Under the pieces are notes generated by a model. The model did not search any database. It had not been told where the DNA came from and worked only from the letters and a program-made list of their open reading frames with translations. 55,615 nucleotides of DNA from positions 103,145,983 through 103,201,597 of the forward strand of contig NC_068982.1 in the NCBI RefSeq assembly GCF_001194135.2, written 5' to 3'. The translations under genes were made by a program, and so were the position numbers. Within the stretch, counting starts at the first letter, position 1, and each line of letters opens with the position of its first letter. Origin of the DNA: Octopus bimaculoides (taxonomy: Eukaryota). This document shows positions 11,876 to 25,492 of the stretch, piece after piece.

Positions 11876-12331
11876 ATATATATATATATATATATATATA
11901 ACACTAGGTGTCAAAGATATGTAATTTGCAAAATAATGTTAATTGGCCTGCATTGACTTGCTTTCAATCTTTGTATGTGACAATGTTTTGTTTTGTTTTT
12001 ATGCATTGAATACTAGTATGGGTCAAAGAGATTAAATCACAAATGTAAGTCAAATCTCATAACATTACCTTGCACAGTTATACTTATTAAATAAGAAATG
12101 ATTTTGAAGGCAGGAAAGTTAGAGTATTTGATGCCGTATACAGTAGTGAAGATATAATACAACAAGTACATAGGAGAGGCTTAAGCCATTAACTTAATTC
12201 CATTAACCACTTAGGATTTTTCCAGCTGTCATTGGATAGTATTGTATAAGTAGAAAATGATCATTTCAAAATGGTTACAGCTGTTACAAATGACTCATGC
12301 ACATTAGTATGACAATGTTAAATTTTCAACT

Positions 12332-12505
12332 TCATTATCATCATCATTTAACGTCTGTTTTCCATGCTGGCATGGTTGGACAGTTTGACTGAGGACTGGC
12401 AAGCCATTAGGCTGCACCAGGCTCCAATCTAATCTGGCAAGGTTTCTACAGCTGGATGCCCTTCCTAACACCAACCACTCTGAGAGTGTAGTGGGTGCTT
12501 TTTAC
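12332..12505 (-). mobile_element. Family A 3' fragment
   Basis: (CAT)n followed by ttaacgtctgttttccatgctggcatgg...ggatgcccttcctaacaccaaccactctgagagtgtagtggg. Confidence 0.85.
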
Positions 12506-15167
12506 ATAATTAATATTAATGGTGTGGTTAGACTTCTGTTTGAGCTGATTTATTCACAAAGAATGTGTAGAAAATATGAAGGCAAGAGACAAAAAAAAAA
12601 ATTATGTCTAATAGATTTCTTTTATCTTCTTTGTACCACCAGAAGAATAGACTTATACAATCCTTAGTGGTTTGATAACTCAGTGCAGTTCAACAGCATG
12701 TGCTCACTTACAAAAGTTAGAGATTACAGGTTTTAATATTAATTCATGTAGAGAAAACTTGCTATTTTCATTTATGAAATGCATAAAAAAAGTTCACTTA
12801 AATATGTTGCAGAAGCAGTAGTATAAATATGTTCTTCAAAGAAAATTCTTTTGGGCCCAAATGCATTGTAAATAGAAAAGGTGATGAAATAAAAGAAGGA
12901 AAGTCAACATATATGGTGTGTAACTTTGTAGAATAGAGATATTGTAAATTGATGCCTTATTCAGCTAGAACATGTCTCATTAAGACTAACTTTCCTTTCT
13001 GGCTGAATTATAGAGGGAAGAGAGACTACCTGCTGTTGCTGATGTCTGTAATGAAAAAGTGATAAAACTTATAGTTCGCTTCTGGTTGAACTCGCTACAA
13101 AGTGTTGATGAGCTTGAAAGCACATTCTGCTAAGATAAAAAGACAGAGCACTTTGAGTTCCTGTTTATGTAACTAGTGCCTGACCAAGAGGTACTGTGTT
13201 CATATTGACCCAATAAACAGCTGAAAAATGTTGAATGACTAAAACTTCATTTGGTTGCATGAGAGTTGCGACAACTCATTTTCAGCCAATGGACTATTTC
13301 ATTAGTACATCATCAAGAGTGTTTTGTTTCTTTTAGATTAGGTAGAAATTGTATCATTTTATATTTTTCAAGTCAATTTGTAATCCACATGCCATATTCT
13401 TAACAATACCAGATTAAGAATATTAGATCTTTTTCTTTTCGTGTAGTGTAGTGTAGTGTAATATTTTAAAAACTGATTTTATTATCCACACTAGTTTACT
13501 TATACTTGAAAAATGTATTTAACTAATAAATTAGGAAAAGTAAACAGAATTTTATTTTTACTAATTACTGAAGTAAGTGGTAACTACATATTGGAGATAT
13601 TTATTTAACTGTACTCTCATAGTTAAGATGTTAGCTATTTGTGTAACTAGGTTCTGTAGCTATGAGTTGGGAGAAAAATGTTGCAGTAACATTCCTTTCA
13701 AAGTTAATGTCACTTAACTAGATTTGATATCGAGGATGTGGCTCTGTGGGAGGGTTTTGAAGCTTTTCTTTTTTATTATGTTTTTTTTTTTATATATATA
13801 ATCTAGTGTAAGGAATGAGGAAGGGAAATTCCATTCTAGACTGGGTGTGTAGGAACAGTTAGGTAAATTCAATACAAACTTAATTCACTTTGATTCAGAT
13901 AAAAAAAACTTCAATCTACTCTGAAACAAATGGAGGCAACTGAAAGCAGTGAAGACCTCATTTTGTCTTGTAGGATACAAAATAACCTCACTAGAACAAG
14001 TACTGCAATAAAATTCTTTGTAAAGTGATTAGTATTGGGAAGGGCATCCAGCTGTAGAAACTATGCCAAAATCAAACATAAAAGCCCTATTGTCCCACTC
14101 CCACTGAAATGTGTAGGAGGGCAGTAACAACAAACATAAACTTACTTGGTATATGACAACCTGGCCAAGTTGTGCTAGCTTGGAAAGCGGATATAAAAAG
14201 AGGATAACATAAGACTATCTGTAATTATTAGCAATTACTACTAACTTGACTTAGTTTTCTAAGCATGCCTGCCAGAACACCTTAGAGCGAAGGAGTGGGT
14301 GAAAGCAATAATAGGTAAATATAATGCTTATTTTTAACTAAATAATTAAAAACATTAATTAAGAATACTACTAGAAAAATCTTCATTAATTATTAGCTTA
14401 TCTTAACTTATCTGAGTCCTTTATTTCCATCCTTGCAATGGAGATAGAGAAATGCTGATGTGTTATGAACCACTAACGAAAAACACCTGAATCTCCTGCA
14501 CAATTCAGAAATAGAAATACGGAGTGAGAAAGGAGATATTTAGGTGATAGAGAGACTGGAGAGATGAGAGAGACTAAATGTGAGTTTTGAGTTGTAGCAA
14601 TAAAAACATAAAGAGAAAGGATTAACATTCTCGATAAAGCTGAAATAAATCATTTTGTGTTGTCATTTTGAGAGTTTTATTTGCTGAAACAAGTGGCTTG
14701 TCAACTGGTGATCTATGGGGACACGACTCTATTTCTTTTGCAGTTAGCAGTTATTTCCCTTCATTTTCTTTGAATCGGTCTGTTTTAATATTCTGTTAAT
14801 TTCATTGTTTGTATCATGTTTTTGTTGAATCTTCTTGAAAATTTATGTCCTTTGGGAAATTTTTGTTACCTCAGGAGAGAAAGCATCCCACTATACAGGA
14901 TTTTACATTGATATTAAATAAGAGATTAAAGTAGATTATGTTCTTTGAATGAAACAGATTCTGTTGATAGGTGAGTACTTTTTGAGCCTTTATATTTACT
15001 GCATGTGAGTGTCCGGCCAACCTGTCCACAGCAGTTGCAGAGTAGTTTCATCTGAGGAGAGAGAACTTATTCACTTGGTAGATGTTTCAATTCTTCAAGT
15101 ATAAACAGTGGCTGACTGCTAGGCCTCCATTTCAGATTTGAAACTAGCACCTTAAGTTTATTTTCAG

Positions 15168-15275
15168 GTTCAACCAGCAGTTTTACAGCCTCCAATGATG
15201 ATCATGACTCCAATGATGGTGATATGTCAGATGATTCCTCTGATTATGAAATTGAGGATTATATATCTGATCCAG
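15168..15275 (+). CDS. CREBRF: CREBRF exon, acidic region (S)STSSFTASNDDHDSNDGDMSDDSSDYEIEDYISDP
   Basis: Acceptor ttattttcAG ends at 15167 and donor GTAAGC starts at 15276. The exon is 108 nt, phase 1-1, in frame with both neighbours, and matches the acidic tract ending in S(D/E)P that precedes the conserved CREBRF domain. Confidence 0.88.
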
Positions 15276-16447
15276 GTAAGCATATTTCATCTTTTACATT
15301 CTATTCAAGTTACTATTATTTTTATTGACTTATGTATGATTATCAATATATATATATATATATATATATATATCTTCATAAATCTGAAAGGGAAGCAGTA
15401 GAGTAATTAGATAAAGACAGTTAAGACCGGTTTATGGAGCTACCCTGGGTTTCACAATCATAAAGCACCTAGACTGGCCTTAACTATCTTTATTTAAATA
15501 TATATATTTGTTTAGCAATAAATGAATTTTATTGAACAAAAACCTAAGCAGATGTGTCACCAAAACTCCAAGGAGAATATAAATATATTTAATTTTTATT
15601 CTATAATTCATCAAATGACATAATATCATTTTTAAGTTGATAGTAGTTTATGAGTAAATGGCTATAAACTGGAGCAGTTATTTGGTGATAGTGTTTGGTC
15701 TTAACCTCTTGCAAAAATGAAAAACTGATAAAAATAAAAATCAATTTTCATTAGTGACTTTTAGAAGTTTTCCCTATCAGTAAAATATGCAGGAACTCAA
15801 CTGCTATAGCAAATTCTATCAATACATCAGAGACAAACAGAGAGAAATTCAGAGCTACACCAATAGTTTGTGCAGTATATGTTCAGGACTGACTTTGAGA
15901 AAGATATAAGAGGATCATTGCTATAGGTTTGAAAATGAGTTGGGAAATAAATTGAAGCTACAAGACCAATCATTTAACTTCTAAGTTATTGAGTCATGGA
16001 ATTCAAATATTATTGCTGAAGTATTATCATAGGGGCTATTGGGTCAAGGTTTTGTAACATATAGCAGGATTACTGCATTGTTGTAATCTATATCTCACTT
16101 TGTATTGTCAAAAAAGGGAGTGATTATAGGCTTGCACATTGCTTGTAGAAAAATCAAAAATATATGGTTGAATCTATAAGGGTGTTGTAGTTGTTTCTTG
16201 GAAAGCCCCAGTCTTTAGTTGAAGTAAAGCACAGATGTAACTGATTAAAGAGTTCTCTGGCTTCTTGTACATCATGTCTATTCAGTCTTTATTGAGGCAG
16301 ATTTTACCCAAAGACAGACAAACAGACACACACATACACAAATACATATGCATGAAGTAGGTGCCTCAGATGATTACAACTCAAAGTAATTTGCATTGTG
16401 CAATCTTTCAGGTTACTTCATGTGTGTGTGTGTGTGTGTGTAATATA

Positions 16448-16676
16448 TCATCATCATCATCATCATCATTATTTAATGTCCTCTTTCCATGCTAGCATGG
16501 GTTGGACGATTTGACTGAGGACTAGCGAACCAGATGGCTACACCAGGCTCCAATCTGATTTGGCAGAGTTTCTACAGCTGGATGCCCTTCCTAACGCCAA
16601 CCACTCCGAGAGTGTAGTGGGTGCTTTTACGTGCCACTGGCACGAAGGCCAGTCAGGTGGTACTGGCAATGGCCAC
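16448..16676 (-). mobile_element. Family A copy
   Basis: Reverse complement of 11658-11864 with about 10 differences counted by eye. Confidence 0.9.
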
Positions 16677-17383
16677 ATATATATATACACACACAAATTA
16701 TGCTTCACTTATGATGCACCTTATTTCCAAAGCACTGATGAAGCTATGCTACACTATCACTCACGTCTGGGTGCAAAGTCCCCTATTGTGGAAATGGTTG
16801 TAACCCAATGAATGTGATTAACTTCTGTTCATTTGTTATTCATTTATTGATATGCATCATCATCGTTATCATTATCGTTCCATGGATTGCATGGAACACG
16901 GATGTTAAATGATGATGATGATATTAATAAATGAATAAGAAAAGATTAAGAGTTAAGCACATTCGTTGGGTTAAGAAAATGCTTGGCAATGAGTTTGAAG
17001 TTTCAGCTTGCTATCATCAGATTGATGGCAGCCTTTTCTTTGTAAAAAGCGATAAAGAATCCTTCAGTTTAATGTTAAATTGTTTTCATATATATTTGAT
17101 ATGAAAGTAAACACACACACACACACACACCTTTATATAGAGAGGGGTATAGCTGCATGCACTCAGCACACACTGAAACCACATAGGTTCTGATGTTAAT
17201 CATGTTAAACATATTACTTTTTTTAATTGTCTGACTATGAGTTTGCTCCATGCTAACTCCATAAGGTGCATCTAATGCTCACACCTATAGTACAATGTCA
17301 TGTCTTGCCGAATACTGAAATATGTAAAAATTGGAATAAAGGAGTACCAAGTTATGTAAGTGTGTGTGCGTGTGTGTACTATA

Positions 17384-17428
<45 letters not shown>

Positions 17429-17498
17429 TGAAAATATTATATAATCACTCATTTGTTAATACAGTTATACAATACACACACACACACATATATATATA

Positions 17499-17682
17499 TA
17501 GGTGCAGGAGTGGCTGTGTGATAAGAAGCTTGCTTCCCAACCACATGGTTCCAGGTTCAGTCCCATTGTGTGACACCTTGAACAAGTGTCTTCTACTATA
17601 GCCTCAGGCCAACCAAAGCCTTGTGAGTGTATTTGGTAGACGGAAACTGGAAGAATCCTATTGTGTGTGCGTGTGTGTGTAT

Positions 17683-17726
<44 letters not shown>

Positions 17727-17935
17727 TGCATCTGTGTTTGTCCCCCCACTATTGCTTGACAACCAATGTTGTTGTGTTTACATCTCCATAACTTAGCGGT
17801 TCAGCAAAGGAGACTGATAGAATACATAATACGTACTAGGCTTACAAAGAATAAGTCCTGAGGTTTTTTTGTTCGACTAAAGGTGGTGCTCCAGCATGAC
17901 CACAGTCAAATGACTGAAACCAGTAAAAGAGTATA
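17499..17935 (+). mobile_element. Full-length tRNA-derived SINE family B with internal (GT)/(TA) microsatellite
   Basis: A-box tggctgtgtgataag, B-box ggttcagtccc (17554-17564), and 3' tail gtggtgctccagcatgaccacagtc...ctgaaaccagtaaaaga. Confidence 0.85.
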
Positions 17936-18035
17936 TATATCAACATGTTTTCACCCAAATTCATCGTCGTTGGGTTGGACCTATTACTATATGTTATTTT
18001 TATGTTTTTTTAACATGCTGATGTCTTTATTCTAG

Positions 18036-18426
18036 AATCTGCTCATAGCCCCTCAAGTAAAGAAACACTATCATCTACAGTCAAACGGAGAGAAAAACAA
18101 TACTTTTGGCAATATAATGTCCAGTCCAAAGGACCAAAGGGACAGAAGATGCGACTGTTACCTGAGGAACAAGACCCACATGTTTTAAATACATTTGAAG
18201 ATCCAGTGTTTGAGCTTGGCACTACATCTAAATTAGGTTTGCGACATAGCGGCAAGGCTCGCCGTGGAGATGGCAATGATATTTCTCCTAACCCAAGAAA
18301 ACTTCATTTAATTGGACAGCAATTGAAAAAATTGAACCATGACATAAATGAGTTTGTACCAACAAGTGATCTGCCAGCCAGTGTTAGGAACAGGACAAGG
18401 AAGGAGAAAAACAAGCTTGCTTCAAG
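18036..18426 (+). CDS. CREBRF: CREBRF exon, conserved domain and start of the basic region (YFWQYNVQSKGPKG...RHSGKARRGDGNDISPNPRKL...RKEKNKLASR)
   Basis: Acceptor tctttattctAG ends at 18035 and donor GTAATG starts at 18427 (phase 2). The peptide matches recalled REPTOR/CREBRF motifs YFWQYNVQ, DGNDxxPNPRKL and RKEKNKLASR. Confidence 0.95.
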
Positions 18427-18671
18427 GTAATGTCTTATGAAAAAAAAATAAGGTGGTAGGGGTTTTCAGTAAGCTGTAGTTATGGGTTCTGTAATTTTGG
18501 GGAAAAAATCTTATAATCAATTCTGCATTAAAATAAGTTAGACAGCCTCTGCACTAAGATAGGATATCCACTTGGATACCCACCTGTATGAGACCTTAAT
18601 GATTTATTATGTACACACAAGTGCATACAAACGTTCTAACTGATATAGATTTATTGTTTTTATGTCCACAG

Positions 18672-18745
18672 GGCTTGTCGCTTAAAAAAGAAAGCACAGC
18701 ATGAAGCTAATAAAGTGAAATTGTATGGCCTTGAACAGGAACACC
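18672..18745 (+). CDS. CREBRF: CREBRF exon, bZIP basic region ([24 protein letters not shown])
   Basis: Acceptor tatgtccacAG ends at 18671 and donor GTAAGT starts at 18746. It continues KNKLASR|[14 protein letters not shown], the CREBRF/REPTOR signature. Confidence 0.95.
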
Positions 18746-19722
18746 GTAAGTCTTCTGTTTACTTTTGCTTTTGTTTATTTTGCAGTTATAATGGTTTACA
18801 TTACTTAAGAGTTCAGTGGCTAAGAAGAATCAATAAAAAACAATACTTGAATCAAAATCATAGTTTCTTTTTATAGTTGTGTCTAATTTTTCTATGCATT
18901 GCTTATTTGATAAATGAGACACTTAACTTCATATGCCTCTATTTATCTGAAAACTATACTGAAGTACTAGTTAATTAACGTCTCATTGCATCTTTCATCT
19001 GTTGAAGTTGACAGAAGCTAGTGATTTTTAGCACAAAACATGGATAAATATTGATTCTTTCAACTATTGTGAAAGCAAAATAAGATAACAGGCACCAGCT
19101 AAATGAGTTACATGTTCTAATCCTATTGCAGGTATTTTGTTAAGTATCTGGGAAAAAATATTTAATTCAATATTGTTTTATTTTATTGAGCTGAACAGTA
19201 AGTACTGGATATTTTAGATTTATCTGCAATAAGTAGCAAGTTATCAAGTGTACAGATATTTTTACTCAGTCTATATAACTGGAATCATACCAGATTTTTT
19301 ATTTCATGTTTTGTAGGGTTTTTTTTTTTTTAAAGTTGCATTGACTTTAGAAGTGGTTTAAAGTCTGAATCACCATGGATTTACTAGTACTGTACTATAT
19401 CCTGGACAAGACATTAAACTCTCCCTTTCTCATTTATCTGGTAGCAGCAGAGTGTGAGAGAACAGATAAATAATGACTCATAAAGGGGAATTCAACTAAT
19501 TGGAGATTAACATGTTAATTGTTAATTTGTAGTGTACACTTTCAGAGTTTAACATGAAATTTTTAATTTCAGCTCTGTGAACCAAACAAATCAAGTTTCT
19601 TGTAAATTATATTTGATCGAAACAATTAATTATACTTGTCTTGCAAGATGTTTCATGCTTCATCGATAAATTTTAGATTGTTGTTCATATGGGAGTTTAT
19701 CATTTGCCATTCATTTATCTAG

Positions 19723-19877
19723 GTCAGTTGATGACTGTAATTGAACATATCAAGCAAAAGATGTTGGCTGCTCTTCTATCTAAGAAAACAATAAAATGTG
19801 AAGAGAAAGGACAAAGAACAAGTGATGAACAATCCAAATATTTGAATGAACTCATCAAAAGACATTTAAGTAAGTAA
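19723..19877 (+). CDS. CREBRF: CREBRF exon, zipper/C-terminal region (RQLMTVIEHIKQKMLAALL...KYLNELIKRHLSK*); may instead end at 19869 if the GTAAGT donor at 19870 is used
   Basis: Acceptor ttcatttatctAG ends at 19722, phase 1 and in frame. In-frame TAA at 19875-19877; consensus donor GTAAGT at 19870-19875. Confidence 0.85.
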
Positions 19878-20152
19878 GGAAAGGAATTTTGATTGAGACC
19901 TTTATCTTGTTTTTCATTATCATTACTTTGGTAAGGGTGATTAGAACATTCAGTTTCATACCAGTTAGTAACAAGTTCGTAGTCTACAAGACTCAGATTT
20001 AAAACACTTAAACATTTGAATGTGACATTTGTAGTTTGTTTGGCAGGGTTTTCTTTTGGGGTGGGTGAGCTTCATGTTTGTGTAGCACTCCTAGTGTTAC
20101 ACACTAGTGAATAGTCACTAAGTTATTGAAGTAACCTCAAAATAGATGTTGA

Positions 20153-20610
20153 TTAATTCTTTAACATTTAAACCAGCCACATCTGGCCCAAATATTCTTT
20201 ACTACTCTAGGCACAAGGCCTGAAGGTTTTGGAGAGGGGGCCAGTCAATTAGATCAACCCCAGTACACAACAGGTACTTAATTTATCAACCCTGAAAGGA
20301 TGGAAGGTAAAGTTGACCTCAGCGGAATTTGAACTCAGAATGTAAAGGCAGATGAAATACTCCTAAGCATTTCGCCCGGCGAGCTAATATTTCTGCCAGC
20401 TCGCTACCTTCTGACCCAAATATCCTAGCTGTTTTATGGTTCAAACTGGTCAGATCTGGCCTCTCCTACCTACCCTACAATGTCAGTCAAAAATAAATAT
20501 ATAATCACATCATCAAAATCTCAAAGCCATGAGAAAATGCATGATTAATTTGAAACAATGAATAAATAAGTTTTACATTTGACAGAGCAATCTGAATGCT
20601 AAAGGATTAA
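20153..20610. mobile_element. piggyBac-like MITE interrupted by a SINE
   Basis: TTAA...aatgctaaagga-TTAA ends. The flanking halves match 10665-10891 in reverse. Confidence 0.7.
20199..20414 (-). mobile_element. Full-length family D SINE with a 12-bp target-site duplication
   Basis: The reverse complement begins gcgagctggcagaaatattagctcgccgggcgaaatgc...gagttcaaattccgc. It is flanked by cccaaatattct (20187-20198) and cccaaatatcct (20415-20426). Confidence 0.85.
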
Positions 20611-21380
20611 AGAGATAGTAACAACAAAAGTAGATTGGTTAAAATTGCAAGTACATTAAACACATTGTGTCTCTTTGATTCAGAAATACCCAATTTTGGG
20701 GGTGCTTTGTCTTTATTTTAATTTTTATGATCTCCACTTCACCAACTACAAGAAAAATTATTTTTCTTTTTTTAATTCCTAAAAGAAAATTTAATTTCAT
20801 AAGATACATTTTCTTGTTTTTATAATCCTCAAAAAATTTGTTTCTTGTCATTTACTGCCATGCTGTGTCCAAAGATTCCCATTTATCTATGGGGTCATAT
20901 AATTTGCAGTTGTTAGCAGTAGAAAACAGTATACTTTAATGAACATTTTACCTTTCACTGCTTAGTTAAAAATTCTCTCTCCTAATTATTATATGAAGGT
21001 AGATAGATTCTGCCAAGCTGATTTGTTAAGATTTTGTTTCATAAAATCAAGCCTTCAGTTGAGCCTCACCTCTTATAAATAAACCACTAACCAATCTCTG
21101 AGGGATGAACCTCTTTTTTTAAACAATCAAACCCAATTAGTCTTCTATTTTTTTTTATTTGTTTGTGCATTTCTCAAAGCTACAATGAGAACAGCAGAAA
21201 TCTTTGCACACCATTCTCAATGTTCATCATTTCAATCTAAAGATGACAGGGTGCCTTCACAAGCAGAATACATATACATATGTTTCCCTAAAGCAGTGAT
21301 ATATAACTAGAGGGTCATGAAACTTTGGTGTATAACAAGTTATTGAGGATTTCCACAAAAGTTTTTACTGAGATCCCCAA

Positions 21381-21695
21381 TTGTTGTCGTTGGCACTCCG
21401 TCGCTTACGACGTTGAGGGTTCCAGTTGATCCAATCAATGGAACAGCCTGCTCGTGAAATTAATGTGCAAGTGGCTGAGCACTCCACAGACACGTGTACC
21501 CTTAACGTAGTTCTCGGGGATATTCAGCGTGACACAGTGTGACAAGGCTGACCCTTTGAATTACAGGCACAACAGAAACAGGAAGTAAGAGTGAGAGAAA
21601 GTTGTGGTACAGCAGGGTTCACCACCATCCCCTGCCGGTGTTTTCACTCAATAAACACTCACAACGCCCAGTCTGGGAATCGAAACCGCAATCCT
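21381..21695 (-). mobile_element. SINE family C, head lost in the gap
   Basis: GC-richer block. The reverse complement begins aggattgcggtttcgattcccagactgggcg (B box) and ends cgtaagcgacggagtgccaacgacaacaa. Confidence 0.7.
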
Positions 21696-22644
21696 NNNNN
21701 NNNNNNNNNNNNNNNNNNNNNNNNNNNNNNNNNNNNNNNNNNNNNNNNNNNNNNNNNNNNNNNNNNNNNNNNNNNNNNNNNNNNNNNNNNNNNNNNNNNN
21801 NNNNNNNNNNNNNNNNNNNNNNNNNNNNNNNNNNNNNNNNNNNNNNNNNNNNNNNNNNNNNNNNNNNNNNNNNNNNNNNNNNNNNNNNNNNNNNNNNNNN
21901 NNNNNNNNNNNNNNNNNNNNNNNNNNNNNNNNNNNNNNNNNNNNNNNNNNNNNNNNNNNNNNNNNNNNNNNNNNNNNNNNNNNNNNNNNNNNNNNNNNNN
22001 NNNNNNNNNNNNNNNNNNNNNNNNNNNNNNNNNNNNNNNNNNNNNNNNNNNNNNNNNNNNNNNNNNNNNNNNNNNNNNNNNNNNNNNNNNNNNNNNNNNN
22101 NNNNNNNNNNNNNNNNNNNNNNNNNNNNNNNNNNNNNNNNNNNNNNNNNNNNNNNNNNNNNNNNNNNNNNNNNNNNNNNNNNNNNNNNNNNNNNNNNNNN
22201 NNNNNNNNNNNNNNNNNNNNNNNNNNNNNNNNNNNNNNNNNNNNNNNNNNNNNNNNNNNNNNNNNNNNNNNNNNNNNNNNNNNNNNNNNNNNNNNNNNNN
22301 NNNNNNNNNNNNNNNNNNNNNNNNNNNNNNNNNNNNNNNNNNNNNNNNNNNNNNNNNNNNNNNNNNNNNNNNNNNNNNNNNNNNNNNNNNNNNNNNNNNN
22401 NNNNNNNNNNNNNNNNNNNNNNNNNNNNNNNNNNNNNNNNNNNNNNNNNNNNNNNNNNNNNNNNNNNNNNNNNNNNNNNNNNNNNNNNNNNNNNNNNNNN
22501 NNNNNNNNNNNNNNNNNNNNNNNNNNNNNNNNNNNNNNNNNNNNNNNNNNNNNNNNNNNNNNNNNNNNNNNNNNNNNNNNNNNNNNNNNNNNNNNNNNNN
22601 NNNNNNNNNNNNNNNNNNNNNNNNNNNNNNNNNNNNNNNNNNNN
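21696..22644. other. Assembly gap (N-run)
   Basis: Run of N. Further gaps are at 24750-25115, 34914-35139, 37586-38263, 46111-46173, 48315-48324 and 53377-53928, mostly bordered by (TA)n/(CA)n. Confidence 1.
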
Positions 22645-22677
<33 letters not shown>

Positions 22678-23523
22678 CATACATACATATATATACACAC
22701 ATACACACTGTGTATATGTATGCATGTTTGTACATGTGTGTGGTACTCTGATATTCCGAAATGATAATAGGCAAAGTTGGCTTTAGTGGGATTTGAACAT
22801 AAAATGCAAAGATCTGGCACAAAAAAAAATGCTGTGCTTTTTATCCAACCCACTTATGACTCTGCTTATTTACTCATAGCAAGGAACTTATAATTTGCAA
22901 TGGAGAGAATCTTTAGTTTCAAATGTGTGTGTGTGCATAAGTGTGTATGAGGATATTTTAAGTTGTGATATGCATGCCTTTTTTGTTTCAAAAAAAGACA
23001 TTAGCTTTCGAATAGGTATTTAATAACAATAATAATACTAATAATCGTTTCTGTAATTGCAGGAGAGTAGCGACTTTACTATAAAATTCAACAATATTAG
23101 TGGCTTCATCAGCAACTAAAATTAGTATGTTTTTTTTTTCTTTACTGATTTACAGTCTACAAGGATCTGAATACTAATTATTTATGCATACATATATGTG
23201 TGTATGTGTATATGTTTTCTGTATCTATGTGCATGCATTTGTGTGTATGTGTGTGTACATATATATAAGCATATTCTCTGCTGAGATTTTATATATATGC
23301 ACAATTCATACATACACATTTGTACATTGTCTTAGTCTTGTCCCTCTCACCCTACTCTCTTTCTATCTCTCTCTCTCTTCTATTCTTTCTCTCCCTCTCT
23401 CCTACTTTCTCTTCCTCTTACTCTCTTTCTTTCTCTGTCTGAAGAATTCCAGCTGCTAAAACAAACAGAATAAACAAAATATTTGAAACTCTATGCAATG
23501 TTGCTGTTAATGATGGCTGCTTT

Positions 23524-23982
<459 letters not shown>

Positions 23983-24474
23983 TGATTGAGTAGAATATGA
24001 TCAAAGGCAATACAGTCATGACCATCCTGCTTGTTTTGTATATCAGGGACTGCATTGTTCAATATATCCTATTTTTTTTAAGGCATTAGAGTGTAATTTG
24101 AAGATTTGGCTGTTATTTTTAGCACATCAATCAAGTATGTAGAGGCTTCTCTGATGACTCGTACTATTCTTGTTACTACAATTGGTTGCAGTGGAGGTGA
24201 TAATAGTTACTACTATTACTACTCCTACTACTACTAATGCTAATATTACCATAGCTGCTACTACTGCTGCAAATATTCTGTGGGTATTGTACTTGATGTG
24301 TTTAGTAATCTTGTCTGAAGACATTCCATGTCTGATAGTTTATTTTGCTGGACATTTGATAATTAAAGCTTTTACTTACATTTTAAGCTGAAACAACAAT
24401 TGTATTTTATTTGTTAATGTGAATTCACTAACACTATATTCAAGTATGCATATGCATGTATATATACATGTGTG

Positions 24475-24510
<36 letters not shown>

Positions 24511-25115
24511 GGTATTTATATGTGTATGCATCTATATATATATATATATATATATATTAATATTAGGGACAAAATCCAAAATTACAGGTAAAAACTGAAT
24601 TAAAATCAATTTATAAAAAATTAAAATTAAATTGAGCTTTACAGATTAAAATATATAGATAAGTTTAGCAGACAAATAGATAAAAAAATTTAGCTTAAAA
24701 GATATTGAAAGGAAATAAAGAGAGAAACATATTAGTGTGTAGATGGATANNNNNNNNNNNNNNNNNNNNNNNNNNNNNNNNNNNNNNNNNNNNNNNNNNN
24801 NNNNNNNNNNNNNNNNNNNNNNNNNNNNNNNNNNNNNNNNNNNNNNNNNNNNNNNNNNNNNNNNNNNNNNNNNNNNNNNNNNNNNNNNNNNNNNNNNNNN
24901 NNNNNNNNNNNNNNNNNNNNNNNNNNNNNNNNNNNNNNNNNNNNNNNNNNNNNNNNNNNNNNNNNNNNNNNNNNNNNNNNNNNNNNNNNNNNNNNNNNNN
25001 NNNNNNNNNNNNNNNNNNNNNNNNNNNNNNNNNNNNNNNNNNNNNNNNNNNNNNNNNNNNNNNNNNNNNNNNNNNNNNNNNNNNNNNNNNNNNNNNNNNN
25101 NNNNNNNNNNNNNNG

Positions 25116-25492
25116 GGTTAATCTTGGACCATGCAACAACATGAATAATTTTTTTTAGAGACTAATAATAATAATAATAATAATAACCATTATTATTATT
25201 TCAAATTTTGGCACAAGGCCAGCAATTTTAGAGGTGAGTGGAAGTCAATTACATCAAGCCCAGTATTCAACTGGTACTTAGTTTATTGACCCTGACAGGA
25301 TGAAAGGCTAAGTCGACCTCAATACCTCAATAGTCGACCTAAGTGAGGATATGGTGGTTGCAGCAACAGTTGTACAAGCAATGGCAAGACGTGTATGCAG
25401 AAGTAGATGCACAGAAATATTGCAACAGTGGTAGAGATAACTGTCTACTGCATTACAACAGCTTGCTTTCCACACATGTCTCACAAAAATTA
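25116..25492 (-). repeat. Right arm of the inverted duplication, abutting the N-gap
   Basis: Encodes the same spurious ORF (MRIWWLQQQL[N/Y]KQWQDV...) as 23491-23673 on the opposite strand. Confidence 0.9.

Noticed and set aside
13000-13330. Intronic block with TTGATGA/CTGA boxes and a short stem, considered as a possible C/D snoRNA
   Set aside because: The C box is imperfect, there is no terminal stem, and no guide target can be identified.
16987-17024. Minus-strand CTGATGA...GAAAC hammerhead-like string
   Set aside because: Stem II is only 2-3 bp, and stem III has a C.C mismatch and an impossible loop; chance or fully decayed.
19474-19480. AP-1-like TGACTCA sites (also near 12293 and 33534)
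   Set aside because: A 7-mer at this frequency is expected by chance in 55 kb.
21591-22853. Long ORFs of 130-400 aa here and at 24705-25144, 34760-35404, 37276-38435 and 53234-54164
   Set aside because: They are composed of X from N-gaps plus IYIY/HTHT/CVCV microsatellite translations.
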